Shown here: positions 8,183 through 16,111 of the stretch, piece by piece | Layout of the letters: every line of letters begins with the position of its first letter | Numbering within the stretch: the stretch's first letter is position 1 | Virus record (IMG/VR): IMGVR_UViG_3300025141_000026 | DNA length: 64,000 bases | DNA from: a virus | Direction: 5' to 3' (one strand) | Made by a program: the position numbers and the translations under genes | The notes under the pieces: generated by a model | The model's database searches: none | What the model was told of the DNA's origin: nothing | What the model saw: the letters and a program-made list of their open reading frames with translations, nothing else

Positions 8183-8415
8183 TTGCCCCTCGCCATCAAG
8201 ATAAGGTTGTTCTTCTGGATATACTTCTCTCGCTTGTGACCGGGAAAGACCGCCCATACATGTCTGTGCGCCGCCCATACATCCTGTGAAGCACTCCATG
8301 GCTTCACTCTGGTAACAACTCCCATCAGTCCCTTGTCTACGCACCAAGGGGCAATCTTCACTAGGTCACCGACCTTGAATCTGGTCCTGTTTGTTGTGCT
8401 TCTAGCTTGACTCAT
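8179..8415 (-). CDS. MKVGDLV-family miniprotein
   Basis: FKVGDLVKI...KGLMGVV. Confidence 0.75.
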   Translation of the reverse strand: MSQARSTTNRTRFKVGDLVKIAPWCVDKGLMGVVTRVKPWSASQDVWAAHRHVWAVFPGHKREKYIQKNNLILMARGK

Positions 8416-8617
8416 TAACAATCTCCAATCTATCAGGGTGGTGAGGTGTATGCTGACCGAAGCCAGAATCCCTTTGCCAAAGTACCATAACCCTATAGCC
8501 AGCATAGCCGGGGTCGATGTCTGTTACAATCCCCAAAAATTCATGGTCACCAGCTAAAACACTCCTGTGTCGCACCAAATCTCCAACTCTAACAACTGCT
8601 GGCTTACGGTGCTTCAC
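8402..8617 (-). CDS. MKVGDLV-family miniprotein
   Basis: VRVGDLVRH...LGIVT...VLW. Confidence 0.75.
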   Translation of the reverse strand: MKHRKPAVVRVGDLVRHRSVLAGDHEFLGIVTDIDPGYAGYRVMVLWQRDSGFGQHTPHHPDRLEIVNESS

Positions 8618-8774
8618 TTACCACCTTCAATCGCCTTCCCCTCCATTGTAGTTTGCCTACTCCCGGCGACCAGATAATCCATTCGCCCTTTATCCAAGAC
8701 TTCTCAAGCACAAGGAAGGGGGTGTCATTAGTCCAGTTCTGGTTTATTATTGTTACCAAGTCACCGACCTTCAT
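8604..8774 (-). CDS. MKVGDLV-family miniprotein (56 aa)
   Basis: Manual translation MKVGDLVTIINQNW... Confidence 0.7.
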   Translation of the reverse strand: MKVGDLVTIINQNWTNDTPFLVLEKSWIKGEWIIWSPGVGKLQWRGRRLKVVSEAP

Positions 8775-8907
8775 CTCTCACTCTACCTCGACAAGCCTTC
8801 TTAGACTTGGCTCTCTTCTTGTTCTTATGTGCTCCTGCGCCGAATCGACGAACACCCTTGAGTCCAGCAAAAGGGTCGCGTACTTTTCTTTTTTTTCTCT
8901 TTCTCAT
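8761..8907 (-). CDS. very basic 48-aa peptide
   Basis: MRKRKKRKVRDPFAGLKGVRRFGAGAHKNKKRAKSKKACR...; GGAGG RBS; first gene after the promoter. Confidence 0.65.
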   Translation of the reverse strand: MRKRKKRKVRDPFAGLKGVRRFGAGAHKNKKRAKSKKACRGRVRDEGR

Positions 8908-8928
8908 CCCTTGTACCTCCTCATATAA

Positions 8929-8956
8929 TTAGACGGGAGGTATTCCAGTTTATTCA
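8929..8956 (-). promoter_or_regulatory. ECF-type promoter (copy 8)
   Basis: TGAATA-N15-CGTCTAA. Confidence 0.8.
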
Positions 8957-9750
8957 ATAAAACTTGAAAAATATCTTTCTATTTCTTTTAAGCCAAGAGT
9001 TTCAGCGTAGTAAGCAAAGTGATTCAATTCGTAGCTCAAGTTCCAAAGAGTCGCATCTTTGCCTTGGTACTTGAAGGGGTTCTCGTTATCATAGTTGGTC
9101 AACGCCCCACTCAGCCAATCGGCTGGTGGGTTGATGTGTGATGCGAGGATTGGGCTAATCACCTCTAGCTCGCTGCCACCTGCATCAAGGTGTCTCTGAT
9201 ATACATCGTCTCTCTGGAAAACCTCTCCCATCAAAGGGCGGGACAGCGCGTGGGTTAGGTGACGGCTGCCAAGTGACCTCCTTCGATGTGGTGCAAGGTG
9301 GGAATACTGGTCCTCTGGAGGGTCCATGACTCTCTCTAGCTGGATACAATAAGAAGACCCGTCGCTGCCAGCGTAAATCCTGCTCCACTTGACATCCTTA
9401 ACCAGAGCTACGATGGGCTCTGCGTGTCTCCGTGGCTTGAAGTTAACAAGAGCACCAGTGCCCAAACCCATAATACACATCTCTTCCAGCACCCTGCGAC
9501 GATAGAGAGAGTTGATTGCTCTGTAATTCTTTTGGATTGTCTGCTTTGTATGACAAGTCTTGGCATTATGCCCCGGCTTGCGACAGAAGCCGCACTTGCG
9601 AGGAGTCTTCTTCCTAGCCTCTCGTCGCTTCACCTTCGCAGACTCCCTTACCGCCTCGTAAGAGTCTGGGTTATCTTTGATGTGCTTCTTTTTTTGAGGA
9701 CAACTGGCTGCGTTGTGGTCTTTTCCCCAACACCAAGAACAGTAAGACAT
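8950..9750 (-). CDS. protein with two CCHC zinc knuckles
   Basis: CSWCWGKDHNAASC and CGFCRKPGHNAKTC. Confidence 0.8.
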   Translation of the reverse strand: MSYCSWCWGKDHNAASCPQKKKHIKDNPDSYEAVRESAKVKRREARKKTPRKCGFCRKPGHNAKTCHTKQTIQKNYRAINSLYRRRVLEEMCIMGLGTGALVNFKPRRHAEPIVALVKDVKWSRIYAGSDGSSYCIQLERVMDPPEDQYSHLAPHRRRSLGSRHLTHALSRPLMGEVFQRDDVYQRHLDAGGSELEVISPILASHINPPADWLSGALTNYDNENPFKYQGKDATLWNLSYELNHFAYYAETLGLKEIERYFSSFIE

Positions 9751-9778
9751 AGTGGGCTCCTCTACTAAGGTTCACTCT

Positions 9779-9806
9779 TTAGACGATACGCAGAATATAA
9801 TATTCA
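9779..9806 (-). promoter_or_regulatory. ECF-type promoter (copy 9)
   Basis: TGAATA-N15-CGTCTAA. Confidence 0.8.
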
Positions 9807-10064
9807 ATCTTTTTTTATTTTTATTTTCTCGATAACGAAGATACATTCGTATTCATTGCATACGCTGAACTTCAGGGTTGATGGGTAATCGGTGTTCCAC
9901 TTGTATCCATTGTGGGGAAGGACAGTAATATCAATCATGTCACCAAACTTGACTGCTTCCACTTTCGCTTTTGTATCTTTGTTGGCGGGTTTGGCTTGAC
10001 CATAACAGACACCCATCAAGAACATTCCGAATAAGATTATAGAATATAGTATAAATTTTTTCAT
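9804..10064 (-). CDS. small secreted protein with CxxxxC (DsbD-N-like fragment)
   Basis: Signal peptide; GYKWNTDYP...FSVCNEYEC. Confidence 0.55.
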   Translation of the reverse strand: MKKFILYSIILFGMFLMGVCYGQAKPANKDTKAKVEAVKFGDMIDITVLPHNGYKWNTDYPSTLKFSVCNEYECIFVIEKIKIKKD

Positions 10065-10233
10065 GGTTTCCCCTACTGAATGATGACGATGGGTTGGGAC
10101 TTGGTAGCAATGTATCTATCTATTAGATCCTCTATGCGGTCGAAAAGAGTTTCGATAATTGCAGTGGCAACGCCGATGGTGGATAACTTTACGAGACTCG
10201 TAAATAGCACCCATAGTATTCTAATTGCAACAA

Positions 10234-10440
10234 TCATTTTTTCTCCTCTTTCGGCTTCTCGATAATCCTTAGTCGCTTCTTACTTATCTCCATGGTTAGA
10301 GCCTTCTCGTCCTTAGAATACTTGCTCCAATCACTAATTTCTAAAAGATTTCGCCCACACCCTTCACAAAAGTCCTTTTCATAATTATATATACAATATT
10401 CAATACATGGACTATCTGTGGAGGACATGGGCGATACCAA
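10234..10440 (-). CDS. DUF1289-like small Cys-rich (Fe-S/Zn) protein
   Basis: SPCIEYC...CEGCGRNLLEISDW. Confidence 0.8.
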   Translation of the reverse strand: MVSPMSSTDSPCIEYCIYNYEKDFCEGCGRNLLEISDWSKYSKDEKALTMEISKKRLRIIEKPKEEKK

Positions 10441-10449
10441 AAAGCTGAG

Positions 10450-10689
10450 TTATTCAGCCGTTCCATTGAGAGCATCGGTCAAACGGGTTGCCAATTCCTC
10501 TCGCTGATTATTAAGTTCCATGGACAAACCAGCCGTCACACCCAAATCGCTTAGGGCATTACCCATCGCGCTGAATTCGTGAACGACTGCTGACGCTGCC
10601 TCTTGAAACTCTTCTTGCGTTCCATTGAGATGAAACTCAAGCACTTCTTGAATTCTTCCTGCTATAGCTTTATTTAGTTCTTCAATCAT
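10450..10689 (-). CDS. hypothetical protein
   Basis: ORF with AAGGAG RBS. Confidence 0.6.
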   Translation of the reverse strand: MIEELNKAIAGRIQEVLEFHLNGTQEEFQEAASAVVHEFSAMGNALSDLGVTAGLSMELNNQREELATRLTDALNGTAE

Positions 10690-10752
10690 TTTATACTCCT
10701 TTATGTAATGCGTATGCGAATAATGAACCTACGAAACCTAAAATTATTGTTA

Positions 10753-11076
10753 CTACTGGCATTCTTTTTCCTCTGTATATTGTAAAGCCAATTTTGTCAA
10801 CCTTAGAATCTTTTCTTCCTCGGTTTCGGGTGCATTGGGTGACAGTGGCAGGTTTTTTAGAGGGACACCTCGATCTCTCCAAGATCTGGCTCGCTGCAAT
10901 AAAGCACTAGCAGAGGCAACGGTCTCTTCGCTTTCTTGAAGCTCGCTTAATGTAGCCTCTAGTAGCTTCTTCGCCCCTTCAGCAGAATCTGCTTTTTGCC
11001 AATACTTGATGAAGGTTTCAATCTCTGGTGTAAAATAGTCCCAGCCTGAATATCGAAAAGAATCCTCATATGACAT
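10753..11076 (-). CDS. hypothetical protein
   Basis: ORF coupled to upstream stop. Confidence 0.6.
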   Translation of the reverse strand: MSYEDSFRYSGWDYFTPEIETFIKYWQKADSAEGAKKLLEATLSELQESEETVASASALLQRARSWRDRGVPLKNLPLSPNAPETEEEKILRLTKLALQYTEEKECQ

Positions 11077-12437
11077 TATACCACCTCCAATTTTAGTTGT
11101 GCTACTTCTCCACCATAAGTGTCACCTTGATCAACTTCAAAGTCAGGATGTAACCACTGGACGTTATATGCCGTGCTAGAAGAAGCCCATTGCGAGAGAA
11201 TCTCTCGCTTCGTTACAAGGGTCCAATCCGACTCTAGCTCTGGGTTCTCAGGGGAGAACTCAGCATTCACGTCCGCCTCATCACAAAGTTTGCCAAACCA
11301 CTTGTCTTTCATCTGTGGGGCTATTATAACCCCATCAAATGGGCAAACATGACCACTGCCGCCAGAAGCTAGAGAATATCCAGCACCCTTGGCTTGTTGT
11401 CGGATTTGGTAACTCCAGTTGCGAAGCTCTATAAACAAGTTCCTACGAGTTTTCATGATTGTGTTTGAACTACTTGTTTTCAATGTATCATTGAATATTA
11501 AGTACACTTGCCCCTGCGGGTTCTCTTGCTTTTTCTTCAACACGTTTCTGAGTGCTGCCGCATATTCTGGTCCCTTCGATGAAATTTGTACAAGTTGTGC
11601 GACTCGTTTTTTGCCACCCTTTTCAAATGTGACAACACCCTCGTCGTTTCCTTTTGCTTTATGCACATCCAAAAACTCTTTATATGCCTCATCATGAGTC
11701 TTGATATAAACGTCTGACTCCTCGGCTATCTTTTCGTTCTTGATTGCAGTAACAGCGTTCAAAATGGTCTGCTCCGCAAAGCGACCCCCCAGAACTTGCA
11801 ACATCATATTCTTGACACGCTTGTAGGTGGCTGCGTCTCTCAAGTCCAGACCATTTGTTTTTACATGCCTACGAATGGTTTTTCTGGAATCGGTTAAACC
11901 GGAGGGAAGGGCTTGTGAGTGATGATTCAGCAACTCCATAATCACCGGAAGAATAGGCATGACTACCTTGTGCTTTGAATTGGGCAAAACAAAAGCTGGT
12001 GTTCCAAAGTCCTTCGGGAGTGCCTTTTTCTTTACTAATGTTTCTACAACTGTTTGTCGATGATTGCCGTTCTTCACTTCAAACGTGCCATCTGGACTCT
12101 CTACGCAGAAAATAGCTTTCTCAACTCCCTGCCCACCCTGATTGTGGCTCCAAAGAATTTCACTCTTCAAGTGTTCTAAGTGGGGTTTGTTAAGAACCAC
12201 TGTTCTCTGCTGGTAGTCCTTGTCTGTTGTTTTGAGTCTTACGCTTGTGCTCGGCAAGTAACCAAAAAATTCAGAGGACTCCCCTTTTGATACGACATCC
12301 TCTAAGTGGTCCAAATAACACTTGATGCCCTCTTTTTCGACTGATTGGACGTTGGGGTCCGAGAGCAATTTGACCAACTTCGGTTTAGCATACCGAAGGT
12401 GCTCTTCCATCATCTTTCTGATTGGTTCTTTTTTCAA
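11076..12437 (-). CDS. ParB/Srx-like domain protein
   Basis: AIFCVE...FEVKNGNHR resembles the ParB-N GxHR motif. Confidence 0.55.
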   Translation of the reverse strand: MKKEPIRKMMEEHLRYAKPKLVKLLSDPNVQSVEKEGIKCYLDHLEDVVSKGESSEFFGYLPSTSVRLKTTDKDYQQRTVVLNKPHLEHLKSEILWSHNQGGQGVEKAIFCVESPDGTFEVKNGNHRQTVVETLVKKKALPKDFGTPAFVLPNSKHKVVMPILPVIMELLNHHSQALPSGLTDSRKTIRRHVKTNGLDLRDAATYKRVKNMMLQVLGGRFAEQTILNAVTAIKNEKIAEESDVYIKTHDEAYKEFLDVHKAKGNDEGVVTFEKGGKKRVAQLVQISSKGPEYAAALRNVLKKKQENPQGQVYLIFNDTLKTSSSNTIMKTRRNLFIELRNWSYQIRQQAKGAGYSLASGGSGHVCPFDGVIIAPQMKDKWFGKLCDEADVNAEFSPENPELESDWTLVTKREILSQWASSSTAYNVQWLHPDFEVDQGDTYGGEVAQLKLEVV

Positions 12438-12462
12438 AACTTCTCCTTATTAGGTTCACTCT

Positions 12463-12490
12463 TTAGACGTTATTATAATCGATATATTCA
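12463..12490 (-). promoter_or_regulatory. ECF-type promoter (copy 10)
   Basis: TGAATA-N15-CGTCTAA. Confidence 0.8.
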
Positions 12491-12508
12491 AATTATGCAA
12501 ACTTTTTT

Positions 12509-12730
12509 TTACTTTTTACTGATTATTTCTATTTCGGTTGAAATCATTAGGGATTTTTTTGGCAATAGCCCATCGTTCCACTTGACCCAGAAGATATCTT
12601 TCTTTCTGAGGGTTCTCCTGTCAGCAATCGAGAGCACTATTCCAATTCTATGGCGCTTGTCATAGTATTTGCCTTCGTCTCTGACGTCGATTTCCCACTT
12701 GCTCTGTACTAAGTCTCCCGGTTGTGCCAT
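12509..12730 (-). CDS. MKVGDLV-family miniprotein
   Basis: QPGDLV...IGIVL...WVKW. Confidence 0.75.
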   Translation of the reverse strand: MAQPGDLVQSKWEIDVRDEGKYYDKRHRIGIVLSIADRRTLRKKDIFWVKWNDGLLPKKSLMISTEIEIISKK

Positions 12731-12733
12731 TGA

Positions 12734-12985
12734 TCACGATGCCCCCTTGCTTACTTTTTCTAAAACTCTCTGGTTCCAAGTCTCTGCTTTTTGTGTGTCA
12801 TAAAAATGTACTTTAGCAAGAGGGGGAAATACTTTGAGGACCACCCCCACTGAATCTGAATGCTTGTGGTCGGTATAGTGAGAGGGTATCATTCTCCTCA
12901 CCAAGTCTCCCACTTGGAGTTTTCTTTCTTCTGAAGCATATTGCCAATCATGAGGTTTCATCTGTTTCTCCATTGGGCGACTCAC
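12734..12985 (-). CDS. MKVGDLV-family miniprotein
   Basis: QVGDLVRR...VGVVL. Confidence 0.7.
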   Translation of the reverse strand: MSRPMEKQMKPHDWQYASEERKLQVGDLVRRMIPSHYTDHKHSDSVGVVLKVFPPLAKVHFYDTQKAETWNQRVLEKVSKGAS

Positions 12986-13148
12986 TCACCACTTCAAAAT
13001 ATTCCACGAGATAAACGATCTCCTTCCCCAGCGCTGATTCCTCTAGGGGTAGCAATGTCATCCAGATATTTAATTCATCTTCGCCTCTTTTGGCTACGAT
13101 TGCTAAATCACCTGTTGCTTTGTTTCTAACCAAGTCACCCGGCTTCAT
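12948..13148 (-). CDS. MKVGDLV-family miniprotein
   Basis: MKPGDLVRN. Confidence 0.7.
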   Translation of the reverse strand: MKPGDLVRNKATGDLAIVAKRGEDELNIWMTLLPLEESALGKEIVYLVEYFEVVSESPNGETDETS

Positions 13149-13150
13149 TA

Positions 13151-13546
13151 TTATTGTGAACATTCCGGTAGAACTTCGTAGCTCCCCTGAATCTCGTTCA
13201 ACTCCTTTTCTATTTGTCCTCGCCTATCCATCACCTTTTTAACTAGGGAGGAGTAATCAATATGTGCTGCTAACTCTTCAATTTCTTGTTTTGATAGCTT
13301 TTTCTTGAACCCCGGCATCTTGTTCTTACCATCCCTAATCGCTTCAAATATCTCTTCGACTGTTTTACCTTTCATGGCTTCGTAAATATTCTCCGGGCTT
13401 TTTAATCTCAAACCAATTTTTGTTGCGGCTCCATCTGCTCCATGGCATTTTTTGCAATACTTGTTCCAGTTTTGCCGCACCGTCTTCGGCTCTTCCGCAT
13501 AGACAGGGAGAGACCATAACATCATGATAATAAACAGTTTTTTCAT
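13151..13546 (-). CDS. monoheme c-type cytochrome (c6/c553-like)
   Basis: Signal peptide, CKKCH heme motif, GKNKMPGF distal Met. Confidence 0.88.
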   Translation of the reverse strand: MKKLFIIMMLWSLPVYAEEPKTVRQNWNKYCKKCHGADGAATKIGLRLKSPENIYEAMKGKTVEEIFEAIRDGKNKMPGFKKKLSKQEIEELAAHIDYSSLVKKVMDRRGQIEKELNEIQGSYEVLPECSQ

Positions 13547-14259
13547 TACTGAGCCTTTGTTGCATTTCTTTTTATTGATTTGATTAGCACTTCTGCGTTC
13601 CCGAGTTTGAATTTACCAACCAATCGCAGCGGGGTGTGCCCTCGGGCTGTATCAAACCAAACCTTAAACTTCCTCTTGTAATCCTTCGAGCGTGTGATAG
13701 TAATGTTATAAGGTTTGGCAACCTTCATTCCCAACGGAGTCGATATAGTCTCAACCTTGAGAGGAGTGCATTCCACATCGTAGGACCTTACGCCACTGAA
13801 GACTTTGAAGCTCAGTGGTGCATTGAAGCCATGGACCACCATGGTCCTAACCTTGGCTAACCATGAGATAACGTCGTGCATTCGTTGTTTTGGTTTGAAA
13901 GACGACCTCCTGTTGGGTCCTTTATTCGACGTTCGAGACGACCTGATTTGTTTTCTACCAAAGGTGATTGCATATTTTTTGTGCTTGTCTTTGACCCTGT
14001 ATTCGATTTGAGTGTGTCTTGGGAAGCCATCTCGCCAAGTGCGAGAGGCGATACGGTTATTGATGAAGTGAACGGAAGACCATTTTTCATTTGTTTTTAG
14101 GTGTCCGTATGTATCGGCACCATTGATATAAAGCGTTGCACTTCCAAACTCAGTGCCCAACATTTTGACCTCGTATTCAAGCTTTTCAGCAGCGAGAGCC
14201 GAGGAGGAGCACAATCCAAACAACAAAGAAATAGCTAATAACAATTTACCTTTTCTCAT
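13546..14259 (-). CDS. secreted DUF3108-like beta-rich protein
   Basis: Signal peptide; EKLEYEV..G...G, TPLG, VWFD...PLRL. Confidence 0.65.
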   Translation of the reverse strand: MRKGKLLLAISLLFGLCSSSALAAEKLEYEVKMLGTEFGSATLYINGADTYGHLKTNEKWSSVHFINNRIASRTWRDGFPRHTQIEYRVKDKHKKYAITFGRKQIRSSRTSNKGPNRRSSFKPKQRMHDVISWLAKVRTMVVHGFNAPLSFKVFSGVRSYDVECTPLKVETISTPLGMKVAKPYNITITRSKDYKRKFKVWFDTARGHTPLRLVGKFKLGNAEVLIKSIKRNATKAQ

Positions 14260-14440
14260 CTTTTTTACCTGCCTTTTGCACGAGTGAAGACCACAGTGAA
14301 ATTTTCTTTCCTTCCGTGGTCAATACATCACAAATATTGTGACGTTTATCTATCAGCACACCCAATTTCCATTCTGTGTAAGACATCGGTGTTGCATGGT
14401 GCACAACTTCCTGATACCTTACCAAGTCGCCAACTTTCAT
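14246..14440 (-). CDS. MKVGDLV-family miniprotein
   Basis: MKVGDLVRY. Confidence 0.75.
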   Translation of the reverse strand: MKVGDLVRYQEVVHHATPMSYTEWKLGVLIDKRHNICDVLTTEGKKISLWSSLVQKAGKKDEKR

Positions 14441-14595
14441 TTCTCTCCCCACGGCTTTACCAGAGGGAGATATAGTTTTATTCGGCTACCCTTCATTGTA
14501 TAAATAAGTGCCGTGTTATAACGCTTATCCAACAACAAGCCTATCTTGTTTCCATCGTAGCGAACTAAATCACCTACTTTTATCAATGCCTTCAT
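14437..14595 (-). CDS. MKVGDLV-family miniprotein (52 aa)
   Basis: Manual translation MKALIKVGDLVRYDGNKIGLLLDKR; paralog of its neighbour. Confidence 0.65.
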   Translation of the reverse strand: MKALIKVGDLVRYDGNKIGLLLDKRYNTALIYTMKGSRIKLYLPLVKPWGEK

Positions 14596-14628
14596 GCGAT
14601 GTCATTTCAACCTCCTTTCGCTTTATCT

Positions 14629-14847
14629 TCATCTGTTTATCACCTTTATATGCACACCAATCGTAAGGAACATTCTTAAGTGCCCATCATGTAGTATCTT
14701 TATTACGTCTCCGTTAGATGTGTACCCCATAAATATACCATACTGGGTAGTGGGCTTTTTAATTGGGAAGTCAAATATATTCAAGTTACTATTTGTAACC
14801 TCATAAATAACATTGTCCCAAAATTCTATAAGATCCCCTTCCTTCAT
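14629..14847 (-). CDS. MKVGDLV-family miniprotein
   Basis: MKEGDLIEF. Confidence 0.7.
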   Translation of the reverse strand: MKEGDLIEFWDNVIYEVTNSNLNIFDFPIKKPTTQYGIFMGYTSNGDVIKILHDGHLRMFLTIGVHIKVINR

Positions 14848-14851
14848 TCCC

Positions 14852-15046
14852 TCAGTATTTGTGGTCTGGCATTACAATCTTTTCCGCTAAGAGAAGCTCT
14901 TCTGCCATACGCTGGTATGAACCCTGCAAAGAATAGATCATGCCCGAGTCCAAAAGAAATTGAAAAAGAGCGTAAACTTCTTCATTCTCTAGGTCACCCT
15001 GTTCAAAAGCCATTATTTGACCTACAACATCCATATTACCAGCCAT
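14852..15046 (-). CDS. small conserved-type phage protein
   Basis: FQFLLDSG...LQGSYQR motif; GGAGG RBS. Confidence 0.7.
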   Translation of the reverse strand: MAGNMDVVGQIMAFEQGDLENEEVYALFQFLLDSGMIYSLQGSYQRMAEELLLAEKIVMPDHKY

Positions 15047-15076
15047 CTGTCCTCCTGTAGTAACTAGGTTCATTAT

Positions 15077-15104
15077 TTAGACGAAGCACATTCGCTTTTA
15101 TTCA
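15077..15104 (-). promoter_or_regulatory. ECF-type promoter (copy 11)
   Basis: TGAATA-N15-CGTCTAA. Confidence 0.8.
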
Positions 15105-15116
15105 AACTTTTTATTT

Positions 15117-16100
15117 CTATGATTCAAATGTCCAGTCGCCATACCCGTCAAGGATGACCCACCCCTCGCTTCCATCGGCAACGAGAGTTACACGATTACC
15201 AGCGGTGGAGTTGCTGGCTGCACCCAGAATCAAGTCCTTGTTGTCAGTACCGTTGCCACCATTACTAGCTGTGGTTATCCCACCAGCCGCATTCAAGACA
15301 CTTCCCATAATCTTGTCGGAAGAGTTGGGGCTGATTTGGAAGCCTCGGCTGGCACTACCTACATACACAAAAGTACATACCACACCAGCAGCCGTTGCTG
15401 GTAAGTTGATAATTACATTGCTTGGGGTTCCACTTACGGTTGATTGCATAACCACTGCACCAGACTCGCTAGTGCTGAATGTTTCACCATTGGACATGGT
15501 GGATTTGATATACTTCCTGTGACCAAATTGACCAGCGATGGCTGCGAACCCGCTTGAAGGTGTGACAGTTAGTAAGCCACCACTACTCACACTGAGTGTC
15601 GCATCGTTGGAGCCGTCGTAGGCTACCTTTATATCACCAACAACATGCAATTCGCAATCGGGAGAATCTGTTCTAATCCCCACTCTGGCAGTGCTTGCAT
15701 CGGTCCTCAATATTGGATCATTACTATTATTATTGCTATTGACAACAAGGTCAATATTATTGTTTCCATTGTTGATTGTGACCTGATGAGGGGAGGAGCC
15801 TTTCTTGTGCATTCCAACCATGCCCATCCCGCCAGCCTTAAATCTTATCCTATCGTCAGTAAGATTGATAGATGTGTCAGCATCTCCATTGTGATAGATG
15901 TATTGATCAACTCCGATGTTACCTGCCACATCCAAAGTATAGTCAGGGGTTGTTGTACCAATCCCTACCCTGTCTTGGTCGGCATCAACAAACAAGGTGT
16001 TGTTGTCTAGGTTGACATCATCGTCTCCACTACCCAAATCAATATCGCCGTCCACATTCAGTGAACCTGTAATGCTAGCATTCGCTCCGTATTCAGACAT
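15117..16100 (-). CDS. fiber/virion structural protein
   Basis: RVGIGTTTP..TLDVAG and RVGI..P...LHVVG beta repeats typical of phage fibers. Confidence 0.7.
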   Translation of the reverse strand: MSEYGANASITGSLNVDGDIDLGSGDDDVNLDNNTLFVDADQDRVGIGTTTPDYTLDVAGNIGVDQYIYHNGDADTSINLTDDRIRFKAGGMGMVGMHKKGSSPHQVTINNGNNNIDLVVNSNNNSNDPILRTDASTARVGIRTDSPDCELHVVGDIKVAYDGSNDATLSVSSGGLLTVTPSSGFAAIAGQFGHRKYIKSTMSNGETFSTSESGAVVMQSTVSGTPSNVIINLPATAAGVVCTFVYVGSASRGFQISPNSSDKIMGSVLNAAGGITTASNGGNGTDNKDLILGAASNSTAGNRVTLVADGSEGWVILDGYGDWTFES

Positions 16101-16111
16101 TTTATTCTCCT

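Noticed and set aside
1333-15104. Repeated TTAGACG motif as CRISPR repeats or integron attC sites
   Set aside because: Spacing is irregular (0.5-2.7 kb), only two short boxes are conserved, there is no palindrome and no cas or integrase gene; promoter geometry fits better
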